A DNA stretch of 64,000 nt, taken from assembly GCA_013239625.1 (NCBI GenBank), contig MU054049.1, forward strand, positions 881,015 through 945,014, written 5' to 3'. A model generated the notes under the pieces. The model was not told where the DNA came from and did not search any database. It was given only the letters and a program-made list of their open reading frames with translations. The translations under genes were made by a program, and so were the position numbers. Below, one piece after another: positions 12,582 through 26,004 of the stretch. The DNA is from Lama guanicoe. Lineage: Eukaryota. The first letter of the stretch is position 1. Every line of letters starts with the position of its first letter.

Positions 12582-13699
12582 CCCTGGCCCCTGGGGACCC
12601 TGCCCCCAAATTGTCCTTTTTCCCTCTGGATAAGAAGGAGGTGCTGGCATCTTTTTACAGAAGTAAGGAGACATTTCTGATACCAAAATGGATTAAAATG
12701 GTTCCTCTTTGCTGTTCTTCATGCAGCCCCAATAGGCTACTCCCCATTTCCTTTCTTTTACAAATGAAACTGAATCAGGCTGCCAGTGATGGGCAGAAGG
12801 ACAGGAGGGGGCACAGCCATAGCTTGACATTGAGTCAGATGTCTTCTCCATGGGCTTCACGGATCCCCACTCGTTAGAAATTTTTGTTTTTCAAAAATCT
12901 CTGTCTGTTGAAGGGAACGTGACTCAAGCGTTTCCCTTCAGTAAGCATGCTTTCTTAACCTCAGAGTGACCTGAGGGGCTCTGATATTTCTCCTGGATGT
13001 CTAGCTGTGATCCCCAGAACCACATTTCACATCCTGACCCAATACTCGCTTTGTCTTCTCACCTGCTGATCCTGGAGACGGTGCGTGTTAGCAGGCCCTC
13101 TGATACGTTTTATTGAATGAATCGGTTAGTAGCACCTACAGGTGTGGCCACACAATAATTTTTATGGGATAGAGACAAACGGAGCTTGGCTCCGGCAGCC
13201 ACCCTGTGGGTTGGGATGTCCATGCTGGACTTGGGCTGGCTTTGTTGGTGACAGAGATGGCGGCTGGATTGGGACACAGTGACTTTCTGTTTGGGGGAAA
13301 TCCAAGTAGAAAAAGAACTTGTTTAGAAGAGGGGTCTGGGCTATAGAGAAGAGATTTGGGTGCCATCGGCGTATAGGTTCATTCATTTATTCGGGTATAT
13401 AGTAACATTTTACTGAGCATCTAATTTGTGCTAACCTCTGGTGAAGACACAATGGTTTTCCTTCAGAGTTAACATTTAGTGGATGTGTGGCTTTCAGGAG
13501 TAATTAAAGCTGGGGGAGTAGCTGAGATCTTCTACAGGGCACTTGGGAATTGAGAACACTTGGCATCTGATGCCAGAAAACCACTGCTGGGAGCCTGGGA
13601 GAACACTGAACAGCAGACGGATGGAAACACATCCAACAGAATATGTAGGGAGATACAACAAAGATGCCGTTGCTTTTTATCCAGCAAATCAGCAAGAGT

Positions 13700-14790
13700 T
13701 AAAAACTGGGAACTAAGAAAGGGCGAAATCTGGTACACCCTTGGTAGGAAGGCTGCACATTGTTTTGGAAGAAGCTATTTGGAAATATGCATCAAGAACT
13801 TAAAATTTTCCCCTACCTTTTGGTCCAGCTCTTTCCTTTTAGGAACGTATTACAATCCATTATTTCATCACGAATAGATGAAAAGCCTTAGACCCGAGGC
13901 CTGTTATGACGCAGTTGTTTATAATAGTGAGTAACTGGAAATGACTTACATGCCTAAATGCAGGGGATTAGCTAAATAAAGGATCCACATGGCTCCACAG
14001 CCACAACCCACCATTAAAAATGAAGCTGTAGGGGGTCTTTAACGCTGTGGAAAATAGTCACAATACTATTTTGCGACCTAAAAGAAAGTCGTGAACTAAT
14101 TTTTGAGAAAAAAATGGATTGCGAGAAGATAAGAGCGATTTTTAAAGGCAACAAGGGACCGGGTTCTAGAATACACTCTCTCAGAGCAACAAGAAAAGGA
14201 TAAGCAAGGACAAATAAGCAAAGGTTATGAAGAGTCACTTTTCAGAAAAGGAAATCCAAAAGGCTAAGAGGCACATGAAGAGATGCTCAGACTCATTAGT
14301 AAGTTAGAGAGATGCAAATCAAAATGACAGTGAGGGATTGCTTTACTTCACTCAGATTGACAAACATTAGAAAGCTGAGTGATGCCAAACAGGGGTGTCA
14401 AGGAGATGGCAAAGGAGCCTGTGGGAGGGATGTGGCGCCAGGCCAGCTCCCTGGAGGCATCTTGGTTGGTGGTACGTAGCTGAACTGAGAGGCATTTACT
14501 CCTGGCACAGCCCTCTGGCTCCCGGGTTCACACCCAGAGCCAGTCACGTGCAGCTCCACGTGGGGAGGCGTGTGGGACGGTCCAGGGCTGGAGGGAGGGC
14601 AGTGCGGGAAGTCAGCAGCAATCGAACCCTCCAGTGTGGACGGAACAAATCAAATAGGCACGTGATGCCCACTTTGTAACATGGAGCAGCAGTCAGAGGA
14701 AATGAGGTTGACAAACAGAGCCATGTGCTTAGGTCGGAAGTCGTAATGCTGAGCGAGACAATCAACAGAGAAAAGAGGCGGAAGGTCATC
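13700..14790 (+). mobile_element. ancient L1 (L1ME-like) fragments
   Basis: cacatgaagagatgctcagactcattagtaagttagagagatgcaaatcaaaatgacagtgag is a decayed L1 ORF2 HMKRCS..IREMQIK segment. Confidence 0.65.
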
Positions 14791-15864
14791 GGGAGAACTT
14801 AAAGTGCGTGCACTGGGAAATCACGCACTTGTGGCGAGTTTTGTAAGGACCCCTGCTATCAAGCAGGTGGGCTGGGTGGGGTGCGGAAGACGGGCATGGG
14901 GGGTGAAGAGCCAAGGGAGAAAGTGGATAAACCATCCACGCCAGAGAGGAGGCTGGTCCAGGAAAGAGAGGATGCTGGGACTTCAGGAATGCAAGCCCCT
15001 CCCCACCACCTGCCCCTGAGGGTCAAGCCGCAAATGGAAACAAACAAGCCCCCACCAAGTCCCAGCCAAGCCACCAACAAAAGCAAGAGTACAAATAAAA
15101 AGTGTGCTTCCACAATATCATGAGGGTGTTTTTAGTAAACAATGTAGATGAAAACCTGAGTGTCAGCGGTCATTTTTCTGGATATGGGCCAGCCTGATTT
15201 TCTTCCTTTTTTTTTTTTTCCCTTCCTCGTTTTTGACACTGAATGTCCGTGACTTTCTTGTAAGGAAATGATTTCTACAAATCAAGGCTGAGCTTAATAA
15301 GCATGTGTGACAGAAAAAGGGCCAGGGACTCAGGGAGTCTTGTACCTCCAGGGTGACAAAGTTCCAAAGAGGGAGGGCTCGTCTGGCCACATGACCCTGA
15401 GTTAACTCCCACTCTAGCCACAAGGGGTGGGTGTTTGGGTTAAAAATGAACCATGACGTGCCCCCTCAGCTGCTGTGGCAAAACACCAGGGGGTCCACCT
15501 CTGTGTCCATCTGTCTGGTTGCTCTCTCTCGATTGGTGGCTGTTGGTCGCTGGCCAGATTCCAGGATGGACTCCTGTGTGGTGACACTGTGACTGGGCAA
15601 GGCTTCTTGCAGGGCAGCTGGACACTCTGGTCCCTGCTTGATGCTTCCTGCACTCCTGACAAACAAACAACAAACTTTTGTTGTGCTGTGAATCAGTCAT
15701 GGCTCAGCTACAGAGGATGACCATTGAAAAGTCAGAACACAAATAAAGGTAACTTCTAGAGGCTGCCTATTGGGCATATCAGCCTTTGGCTGGTCTCATT
15801 TCATACATTCCTATCCTCGGGTCTGCTAACCCCAGATCCCCTTTTGTGTGCATTATCAGCTCTT

Positions 15865-16184
15865 TGTTTTTTTAAATTGAAGTATAGTCAATTTCCAATG
15901 TTGCGTTAGTTTCTGGTGTACAGCATAGTGACCCAGTTATACATATTATTTATATATATTTCCATATTCTTTTTCATTATAGGCTATTACAAGATACTGA
16001 ATATAGTGCCCTGTGCTATACAGTAGGGCCTTGTTATTTATCTATTTTATCTATTTAGCAGTTAGTATCTGCAAATCTCAAACTCCCAATTTATCCCTCC
16101 CCCCTCCTCCTCCCCTGGTAATCATAAGTTTGTTTTCTGTGTCTGTGAGTCTGTTTCTGTTTTGTAAATAAGTTCATTTGTGTC
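15865..16184 (-). mobile_element. young L1 3'UTR fragment
   Basis: aaattgaagtatagtcaatttccaatgttgcgttagtttctggtgtacagcatagtg...ataagtttgttttctgtgtctgtgagtctgtttctgttttgtaaataag; same family as 8974-9597. Confidence 0.85.
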
Positions 16185-16779
16185 AGAGGAGTTTCTGTAA
16201 GTTAACTTGGAGGTTTACAGAGTCATTATGAGGGCAAAGTCCTCTAAAATTACTGAGTGAGAAGCAAATAATGCTGAGAATGAAGAACTTACATCCTTTT
16301 AGACTCGTGTGGTGGAAGGAATTTACAATGGAAGATAGAGAATTACATGCCTGTATATATTGGTAAGACATTTACATGTGTCTCTTCTATTTACTCAGCG
16401 TTTTAAGGAGGAGGAACATCAGGTGATAAGAAAACAGGCTTTGGTGTTAAAGGTTTGCATCTCAACTGGATGGCTTACTGCCCAGGTGCCTTTGGCCAGT
16501 TTCCCTACTCATATAGAAAAAATAAGAATACCCATCTCTCATGAGTGTGCCTGGCACACGTTAGACTGTCAGTATGAGTCATATCTAAATTGGGATCTCT
16601 TTTTTAAGAAGTGTTCCTTATTTCAGTCAGTTTCAGATTCTTAGAGGAACCATCTTCAACAGGAACTGGACTGAATGAGTGTGGTACCTTGTCCCACAAA
16701 TCAGCCTCGTCAGGAAGTGCTGTGACAGGACAGTTCATCTTTCTTTTTCGTTCCGATCTCAGAGCTGCTTTGCTGAGGC

Positions 16780-17013
16780 ATGGAGGCGAAAGACGTTCCG
16801 AAGGCTGAAGACAGAGCTGGGGATCCAGGTTCCAAAAATAAAGGCCAGCCCGATGTTGCTCAGCCTGACTTCCCACGAGGAGGGCAGACCCCTGGCCCCA
16901 CCACCCTCTGGGAGATGCTAGAAAAGAAGTTTCTGGAGTACCAGCAGCAGGCGTATAGGAGCCCTGCTGAACGTCAGAAGGGCCTGTTGAATCTTCTCCC
17001 GCTCTTCCTAAAG
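16780..17013 (+). CDS. WDFY4: WDFY4 coding exon 1 (exon starts at 16763; 17 nt of 5'UTR)
   Basis: Acceptor ctcag|, Kozak gaggcATGG, peptide MEAKDVPKAEDRAGDPGSKNKGQ...LWEMLEKKFLEYQQ...LLPLFLK matches the recalled WDFY4 N-terminus; donor AAG|gtcagt; 234 nt, phase 0. Confidence 0.95.
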
Positions 17014-18854
17014 GTCAGTAAACTCATTTTTGAAATTGTATAAAGATGACACAGGGCTCTGGGGACATGTCTGGGAGGATGGGAAACCAGCGCTGGTAGT
17101 TTTAATGCCATCATAAGCGGTCTCTGATTGGTGGCTTAGAGAAGCGCGTTGTGCTGTTGAATGAAGATGGTGAACAAGTGAGGATGGGCTTGGAAAGGAT
17201 GGACAGTTGGCTCGTGAGTAATATTTTCCCTTTAGTTTAAAAAGATAATATGGTTCAGTCACAATCGCCGCTTGGGAGCCAGAGGACAAACGTGCTCCTT
17301 TGGGAGCTAGAAAAGGGGCGTGTGTCCTGAGCCATGAGCAGCAGGGATGGCTTGTAAGCTCAGACACCAGCCATGCCAGCACCAGGGCCTGGAGAACCAG
17401 AACCTCGGTTGTGCCAACAATGCAAACCGAGGCGTAATCAGTGGGGATCAGCAAAGCCGTGTCCCTCCACTGGTCGTAGACACAGGAGAGAAGCCCAGCC
17501 TGTCCACTGGGCCAGCACCCCAGCTAGTGGCAGCTGGTGACAGTCTGGGTACACGGGGCTTCCTCTGTTGTCCTGGGATTAAGTTCCCGCCAGTGAGGTC
17601 TGCCTTACCGTTGAATATACTGAAGTCTAATTGTAGAGTTGGAAATGCATCTTTTTATGAAGACTTAGTTTTTGTTTAACTATTGATTTTGGGTTTATTA
17701 CAAAAAAAAGATACCTACATTCAAAGCACAGAGAATATGAGATCCTCTTCACATTTGAAAGTAAACTAGGGCAGATGGAGGCTTTGGCAGGTTTTTATTG
17801 GGAAACGCCTTTGTTAATGTTTCATCTAACTTTTTAACCAGAAATATTGAAGAATTTCCAAAGAGGACTCAGAATTTTCTTGGCATATTTATAGGCTACA
17901 TCGAATACTTAGGGATGCCTTTCTGTAAACAATTTCCAGGTAACTTACTATCCATGAATTCATTAACGCCTTCGATGTTGTGGACTTGTATATCCCAGCC
18001 ATCCCATTTCACAGATTGGATACCTGGGGCAGAGGGAACATACTGGGAAAGAGGAACTAGGTTAGTTGAGACAGCTCAGGTTTCTCATTCCCAACCCTCT
18101 TTGCTCTGATGACCCTACCTTTGGGAGGTAACTTAGTCTCACCCAGTTCTCAGACCAACTTTGCCTTATGGAAGAAAACCTGTGAGCAATGCCCTGCCCC
18201 AATCAAAATTCTCTGGGATTGCTTGTGGGTTTTCCCATCGCATTGTGTCCTTCCCAGCCATCTGGGCAGCCATGGATCTGATGGAAGGACTCTGCATCTG
18301 ACAGCCAGGACTTGATACTTCTTCGCTCCTCCCTAGATCGTTGATTTGAGAATTCACTCATTTGTTGTACAATTATTTATTGAGCTCCCTTGCACTGTTC
18401 TAGGGCCTGGGGCTATGAAAGTAAGGAAGACGGGGAGAGGTTTTACCCACATCTGTCCAGAGGAGAGAATACTGACTAGTACCCAGAATGTGTTTTGTTT
18501 GGCTTGTAGGGGGTTAAAAAATGAATTAGTGCCATTTTTTTTTCAGAAGGGAAAGTTTTCACATGAGGATCAGATTGCAGATTTCTCTTGAAAAACAAAA
18601 ACTTTTCTTGAAAATATTTGTAGCCGTAATACTGACAATTGGATGGAGATGGTCAAGGGCATCCTTTTAGACAGAAGATGGTCTTGGTCTCCCAGTTTAC
18701 CCTAGTCCTCTCTTCCCTAATATCTTTCACCCAACCCACATCACTCACATGTTATCTGACCCTACAGGCATTGACCTCACGGATAGTAAGTTGTTCCTAT
18801 TATAACTGAACCTTGATCTTGGTCAATATTTCCCAAAACCCGGCCTGGTAACTG

Positions 18855-19065
18855 GAGGCACGATGGCCCTATTGCTGAACACATGGGCTTTCAAGTCAAA
18901 CAGAGTGGGGTGCGAGCTCCTGCTGCATTGTTTATTAGCTGTGCATCTTTGAGCAAGCCTCAGTTTCCTCATCTTTAAAGTGGGATCAGTAACAGTTTGC
19001 CAGGAGACTGTGCAGGTGAGATAAGGTGAAGACTGTAGAGTCCACAACACATGGAAAGCAGACAT
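18855..19065 (+). mobile_element. MIR SINE
   Basis: catgggctttcaagtcaaacag...gcctcagtttcctcatctttaaagtggg. Confidence 0.7.
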
Positions 19066-20439
19066 GGTCCCCACTGCCTTTCCACTAGCCTCCAGGATAC
19101 TCACCGCACACGTGCAGTCTGAGATCCTGGAGCTACGATTCCCCAAACTGCCTGACAAAATCTACTTATGTTTTGGATCCCTGTAGCCCACCTCTGATGA
19201 ACTCTGCAGATGCAGAATAGTACAGGCTTTCTCACTTTAAAAAATCTATATTCTTTTATTAAGTCCTGCGTGTTTACAAGCCTGTTGTTCCTATTAAGTT
19301 CTGACAAATTAAACCCTGCCAGAGCCAGAGCCACAGCCTCTGGGCTTCTTAATTAAGAACTGGAAGTAGAAGGGAACATGGAGAAGGTGGGAGGCTTTTT
19401 TCAGGTGTAGTGCAGATGAAATCTGAGCTGTAGAGGAAGACTGAGGAAGCCACTGTAATACAGGTCCTTGTGTAAATAGTCAAGCTTATAGTCACTCTGT
19501 TCTGAATTTTATAACCATAAAGCACAGTTCTTCAAGGTTGTCTATAAAGAACCCCCCTAGAAATTTCAGGGCTTAAAAAGTTATGCCATCTCCCGTGGGA
19601 TGTGGCCATTAGCATCAAAGCTTTATGCATGTGTTGGTTGTCATGGAAACCATGTCCTAACTGGGCTCTGAGCATCCTGAGTGCATCTGAAAGATGTACT
19701 TTGTTTCATAGAGCTCAACTCTCTGTACCTAGATCTTTTCACTTTGGGCCCGAGGAAAATTAAGATGATCTGGAATATCCTTTGTTCCAAGACAATGCAC
19801 ACAAAGGGCCGTGAATTGTTGCCCCTGCTTGGGAAAGGCTATGTCTCTGGGCTGTGTGGTCTGGGCCAGTTAGGCATGAAAGGGGTGGTCCATGTGTAGC
19901 TAGAGCTCTGGTGAAGGTTGACAACAGTACATGTCCCATCTCAAGGGATGTCATCTGCCTTGACCTAATGAGTCTTGAGATTTGACAATAGGCTTGTCTT
20001 GTGAGGCAAACTCTCTCTTCCCAAAGAGCTTCCTTTCAGCCTCCTTGGCTTTCTCTTGTATCTGATTCCTCCAAACACACAGCAGGGAATGAGCTTTTCC
20101 CTGTCATTGCTTAGACATAAATCTGCCTTAACTGTTTAGGCAAGGAAAATGGGCTTGGTTGGTTCTACAGCAAATTCTAGCCCCATTGCCTCCAGAGCTG
20201 AAAAACAACTGCGGGGTTAGGGGGTGAACCTGCTCAACGTTTTGGTTACTGTCTTGATAATCAGGAAGAGACCAAGGTGTCTCAGGACATTGGAATCCCA
20301 ACAGGGAGCTGTCCTGGGGGAGTGAGTCAGACACGAAGTTCTCACCCAGAACTTCAGGTCCTCCTCCACCAGCCTCCATCATTCCCCTTCTTTGGTCAAA
20401 GCCAGGGCAAGTGGTTACTTTCTTTGATGATGGGTAGTG

Positions 20440-20660
20440 ATAGTTAACCAGGCTCTAAGCAACTAAAACCAGGCATTTTGTTCAGTGTTTACAAGCCCTC
20501 ATAATAGCCCTGGGAAGTAGGTGCTATTTTTATCCCAGCTTTGTAAATGAAGAAAGAGAAGTCTGGAGACGTTGCATAACTTGGCCAAGGTCACCCAGTT
20601 GTTAGTGGGGAGCAGAACTTAACCTGCAAAGTCTGCCCAAGCCCCTGTTGTTAACCACTG
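20440..20660 (-). mobile_element. MIR SINE
   Basis: ccctgggaagtaggtgctatttttatcccagctttgtaaatgaagaaa...cataacttggccaaggtcaccca. Confidence 0.7.
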
Positions 20661-21124
20661 TGTTCCCTTGGACAGTGCTGAGGTTCGTAGAACACAGCAC
20701 ATCTGGTTTCTTTCCCTACCTCATGCCTCACTGGACGATGGCTTTGCCTGGCTGGTACCTGTGACCCCTGGGGTATGAAAAGAACGCCACCCCCTGCACA
20801 TGCACTGTTTGGATAGCTGACTGCAGGATGTTGCAGACGAGGGGGAGGTTTTATTGCATCACACAGGAAGCAGCACAGAGCCAATGACTTCCCAGTGTGC
20901 AGGGCAGTGCTTTTAGGAAGAATTCAATTGACTGTTTTTTCCCTGACAAGAGCCTTGGGCTCTGATCTTTCTAGAACCCTTCCAATATAGGATCTCACAC
21001 CAAGAGAAGAAGGCTATCCCTCTAGCAAGCATGGGTGGGTCCTGTTGGCATTCGGTTGAGTTTATTTTGGAGGAAAGGGAACCACTTCGATCCCTCTCAT
21101 TGAATAGAGGTATTTGATAACAGA

Positions 21125-21400
21125 CAATAGTGGTGGCTACTTGTCATCATGCATTTGTCAAAACCCACAGGATGTTCAACATCAAGAGTGAACCCTAATG
21201 TAAACTATGGACTTTGGTTGATAATAATGTGCCCACGTTGGTTCACTGATTGCGCCAAATATGCCACACTGATGGGGGATGTTGAGGGGAGGGGAGTATG
21301 TATGTGTAGGTAGGGAGGGCTACGTGCAAACTCTGTATTTTCTGCTCAATTCTGCTGTGAGCCTGAAACTGCTCTAAAAAAATAAAGTCTATTTAAAAAA
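21125..21400 (+). mobile_element. L1MC-like 3' end
   Basis: catttgtcaaaacccacag...agagtgaaccctaatgtaaactatggactttgg...ctgtgagcctgaaactgctctaaaaaaataaagtctatttaaaaaa. Confidence 0.75.
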
Positions 21401-21596
21401 TAATAAACAGGAGAAAGTTAGAGCCATAGGTGTAGATGTGAAGATTGTTCTTAGAATATGCACTTTGAGAGAAAGCTGACAATGAGACAGGGAATCCATA
21501 GCAATTAGTGTAAAATTCCTCACTGTCTGGGACAGACAAACTGCAGTGGGGGTTGGGAGGTGGGACAATATGGGGAAAAAAAGGGAACCTGTGGAC

Positions 21597-22096
21597 GTGG
21601 TAGATTAGAGATAATGTGAATGGGTTCACACGGCTCCCTTCAAGAGGTGGCATCCATGTCCCCTCCCCTTGAATCTGGATGGGTTTGTGATGGCTTGACT
21701 AATGGAATAGGGCAGAAGTGACTTTTCCAGGACCAGGCCTCAAGGGACTCGTACCTTCTTCTTGTCACTTGGAATACTCAAGCACAGAATCCTGCTGTCA
21801 TGTTGTGAGGAAGCCCAAGCGGCCCTGAGAAAAGCTTACGTGGAGAAGAACAAAGCCCCAACCTTACAGCTGCTCCTGCTGACAGGCAGCACCAACTCAG
21901 CAGCCACGTGACTGCGTCATCTTGCAAGTGGCTCTCTTCGCCCTTGTTCACTGCTCCAGCTGAGGGAGGCAGAGAGAGGCTATTTCTGCTGAGCTTGGCC
22001 CAAACTTCAGATCTACGAGAAAAATAAATAATTACTGTTAGTTTAAGCGACTCAATTTTGGGGTGTTTTGTTATACAGCAATAGGTAATTGGAATA
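21597..22096 (+). mobile_element. MaLR LTR (MLT1-type)
   Basis: ccctccccttgaatctggatgggtttgtgatggcttgactaatggaat...catgttgtgaggaagcccaag...gttttgttatacagcaataggtaattggaata. Confidence 0.8.
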
Positions 22097-22256
22097 GTGG
22101 GTAACGTGGGCAGAAATTCATTTATTTCGTGGTGTAAAGGGATTGCAATGAACACTAAATGAGTCCTTCTTGGGGTGAGTGTGTTTCTCTGTGTGTGTGT
22201 GGGCGCACATGTGCACAGGTGTGTACAGGTACTCTTAGGCTAACTGCCCAGCCAGT

Positions 22257-22466
22257 GGGACAGATTTTATGCCATCGGCTGTGATCAATTATTCTCATAT
22301 AAACCCCATGGACCCAACTGACAAAGGCAGAGAGAGATGTAAGATGAAATATAATAACAAGGGACAGATTTTATGCCATTGGCTGTGATCAATTATTCTC
22401 ATATAAACCCCATGGACCCAACTGACAAAGGCAGAGAGAGATGTAAGATGAAATATAATAACAAGG
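22257..22466 (+). repeat. tandem duplication, 2 x 104 bp, one mismatch
   Basis: 22257-22360 and 22361-22464 are identical except C22276 versus T22380. Confidence 0.97.
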
Positions 22467-24112
22467 ATGACCAACAGTTATTTCCAAGCATGGTATCCAG
22501 AGGCGATGGGAGAGTAAATGTTCCTTCTTGTCTACCCCTGACTCTAGTCCACCACAGAGTGGGGCCTTCAGCATGGTTTATTTCCTTCCCTAGGGGACAA
22601 AATTTTTGTTACGTTAGCAAAGTTTTGATGCATCATTTTTTTTTCTATTTACAAAGGAGAGAATCAACTGTGCCACACTAGCAAGGGAAACTCATGTGAA
22701 GTCTCTGAACTGTTCTGAATTGACTTAAAGCCAATAAAGCCAAACCACCAAACTCTGCAACAGTGGAGCAGAAGGAATATTGCAATCACTCTTGAAAATC
22801 AGCCCGGTTCTCTGTTATTCAAAAGCTGGGGTTTTCTCTCATCTCCTCTAGAGCTTTTGTTATTCCTTATTTCCCTTTAGAGACTAGAGCATCATTTTCT
22901 TTCTCTTTTTTTCCATGTGAGGGGACAGCCACAAGGCACGATGGTACAGCTTAGATAATGCAAGTAAATAAAAGATTTTAAAAATATTGAGCAATATTCT
23001 CCCAGCGTGCAAATCCCAGTTTGGGAAAAAATTAGGTCCTTTTGGAAGCTGCCTTAACTCTTTGGGGTCTCCACGGTACCATTCAGTAAATGATTGCCTC
23101 TGTGCATCAAACGGCACCCCAGTGGCCTGAAGGAGTTAATTTGGCCTCCAAAAGTGCCCATCATGGTCCCAGGAAGGAGTGTGAGCCTTGAGAGAATCTG
23201 GCTGAGCGTACAATTACTGTTCAACTCACAGTGGCCCAATTTGCTTTATTGTGGAGTGCCTCCTGGAGTCCCACTGCTCGAAGACCATCTCCATGCCTCT
23301 GAGTCAACTGCCTGCAAATTGGTCTTTGAGGGATTTGCCAGTGCAGGGAGGAGGCACAGGAATTTGTCAGGAAGACATCAGAGCAGAATTCTCAGTCCTG
23401 GGGAGGGAAATAATCTTAACACAGAAATTTCCAGCCAGGAGGGCTGACTTTTCTCCAGAGATTAATGTTTCCAGGTGATAGCTGGTTTCCAGGTGGTCGC
23501 CATACGTTTCTTGGATGTGCACATGCTACTTGGGTATATGTGAGATAATTCAGCTCTTTACTCTGCTGCTTAACTGGTTCTCTGGGCTTACCCTCTGGCT
23601 CAGCCTCAGTTTCTGTCAAGTGGGACTAATAATAATACCAATCTCAAAGGTTTGTGACGAGAATTAGTGGAAACAATGCATGTAAGTGCTTGGCCCAACG
23701 TTTGGCATAAAACCAGCACGTGATACATTTGGCTGTCTTTCTGCATATTGTGAGTCCTGTAATCATGTGTTCACTTATCAAATATTTGTTTGAAGATCTA
23801 CCATGTGTAATAGTGTTTAACGTTCACCTAGCATTTTTGTAGTTTTAGCAAAGTTCTGATGTACGGCTTTTTTATTTACAAAGGAAAGATGCAACTCTGT
23901 TTATAGGGCAGAAAACTTTTCAAGTATTTCAGATACAAAGTTTTGTTCCAATCAAAATAAATACCCAAGGACTCACCACTTGTGTAAAAGAAATAAAGAA
24001 TTTCAGATAAACTAAAGCCACCTGTGCATGAATTCTAGAACTCATTCCCCTTCTGTCCTCCTCCAATGGTAACTCCCAACCTGCCGAATTATCATTCCCT
24101 ATGGGGAATGAG

Positions 24113-24114
<2 letters not shown>

Positions 24115-24142
<28 letters not shown>
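24115..24142 (+). repeat. (AC)n microsatellite
   Basis: Uninterrupted acac run. Confidence 0.95.
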
Positions 24143-24146
<4 letters not shown>

Positions 24147-24279
24147 CAAGTTGCAAAAGTATATTCCAGTATCATCCTAAAATATCTGGAGACTATATAT
24201 AAATTATGTAATAATATGGGTATATTTTTATAACCATAAGTAAGATGATTGTGTAATTTATGTATGGTCTCAAAGGTTT

Positions 24280-25000
24280 TTGTAGAATCATACTGTAATA
24301 TACTTCTGCAATTTGCTTTTTTCCACTCAAGATTCTATTTCCGGGGTGTATTCATACTGATACAGCTTTTTTCCTTTTTCTTTTTCAGTTCTACATAACA
24401 TCCTTATATAAATATGTCAGGTTATTCATTCATTGTCTTGTTGATGAACATTAAGTCTTTCCCAGTTTTTTTACAATCATAAATAACACCTCATAAATAT
24501 TCCTTGTCCATGTGTGCCTGTATTTCTCTAGGAAATACTGGAATATTCTCTAGGGAATACCTAGGCTTGGAATTGCTGGGTTGTTGGACGTGCGCCCCTT
24601 TAATTTTATTAGATTGAGTTAAATGCTTCTCTTCAAAGAGGTTCTTCAAAAGTGACACTCCATCAGTAGAGTGTAGGGGTCTCGTGGTCCCTCACCTCCA
24701 CCCACATTTGGTATCGCCAGGCTTTTCATTTTTACTAACCCCCAAAATATAAACCATGTCATTGCGATTTTAGTTTGCACTTTTCTGATTATTGTAATTT
24801 GCTTATTATCTTTTATGAGTTACTTGTTGCTTCGTTTGCTGTTGTTCAAAAATCGTATATTTTTTCTTTTGAATTTGAAGGTGTCTAGATGCCCTTCCTG
24901 TCAGTGTATGCCCTGCAAGTATTTTCTCCCAATCTGTGGCTTGCCTCCTCATTTTGTACTTACTGTCATTTACAATACATTACAATACAGAAGATTTTTC
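24280..25000 (-). mobile_element. ancient L1 (L1ME-like)
   Basis: ttctctagggaatacctaggcttggaattgctgggt...gcaagtattttctcccaatctgtggcttgcc. Confidence 0.6.
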
Positions 25001-25445
25001 TTTTGAACAAATATAATATCTATAGCAAGGAGATATTGGAAACAATTTCCTTTTGATATTTTTCTGTCTTTGTCACTTTTTCTAGAAGTCGAATCTCAGC
25101 TTAAAAAAACTCCATCAGGCCTTTGGGAAGGAATATAATTTAATATGGCTGGTGGGTGGGAGCAGCGGACAACAGCCCAGCAGAGTTGCATTTCATAGAG
25201 GCCACTAATTGCCAGGATTGTGCACAGCAGGTCGCCTTCCTGATGGGAACCTGGGATGAGGGACTGCCAGGATTTCAAGCCTGGGATGAGGATAGTCACT
25301 CCACCCTGACTGTTGGTCTGGAGGGGGCTCTCCCCATCCTCAGACGCAGCCTGTGACAACACGGGAGAACAAAGGCAGACGCAGATCTAAGGCCGGGATT
25401 ACTACAGAAACCGGGGGGGAATTCTGAAAAGAGCCTGGCATCCTA

Positions 25446-25712
25446 AGAAAAAAACATATATATGAAAATAGATAAAAATATATGAAATATATATATGAAA
25501 TATATATATGAAAATAGATAAAAAAGAATTTCTTTTGGATAGCACAGGGAACTACATTCAATATCTTACAGTAACCTATAATGAAAAAGAATATGAAAAG
25601 GAATATATACACACACACACATATATATATATACATGATTCAATGTTCTGTACGCCAGAAACTAATACAACATTGTAAATCAACTATACATCAGTAAAAA
25701 AGAAAAAGAAAT
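25446..25712 (+). mobile_element. young L1 3'UTR fragment with AT-rich low-complexity 5' part
   Basis: atagcacagggaactacattcaatatcttacagtaacctataatgaaaaagaatatgaaaagg...caacattgtaaatcaactatacatcagtaaaaaag. Confidence 0.8.
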
Positions 25713-25869
25713 AGGAGATTAAAACAATGACACTAACAACCTGGACTGGGAAAGGATTTCCTAAGCCTGGAACTAAAGCCAGAAAACAAAGGAACAGCTT
25801 GAGAAATTTTATTCCCTAGGAATTTCAGATCTCTGTATGGCAAAACCAAACAATACCAAATTAAAAGAC

Positions 25870-26004
25870 GTGGTAGCTCACAGTGAAAAAAAAATATGAC
25901 AATGAATATATGTATGTTCATGAATAACTGAAAAATTGTGCTCTACACTAGAAATTGACACAACATTATAAAATGAATATAACTCAATAAAAAATGTTAA
26001 AAAA
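25870..26004 (+). mobile_element. very short young L1 3' end nested in an older L1 (~25720-26500)
   Basis: gtagctcacagtgaaaaaaaaatatgacaatgaatatatgtatgttcatg...ataactcaataaaaaatgttaaaaaa; aaaagac occurs on both sides. Confidence 0.7.
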
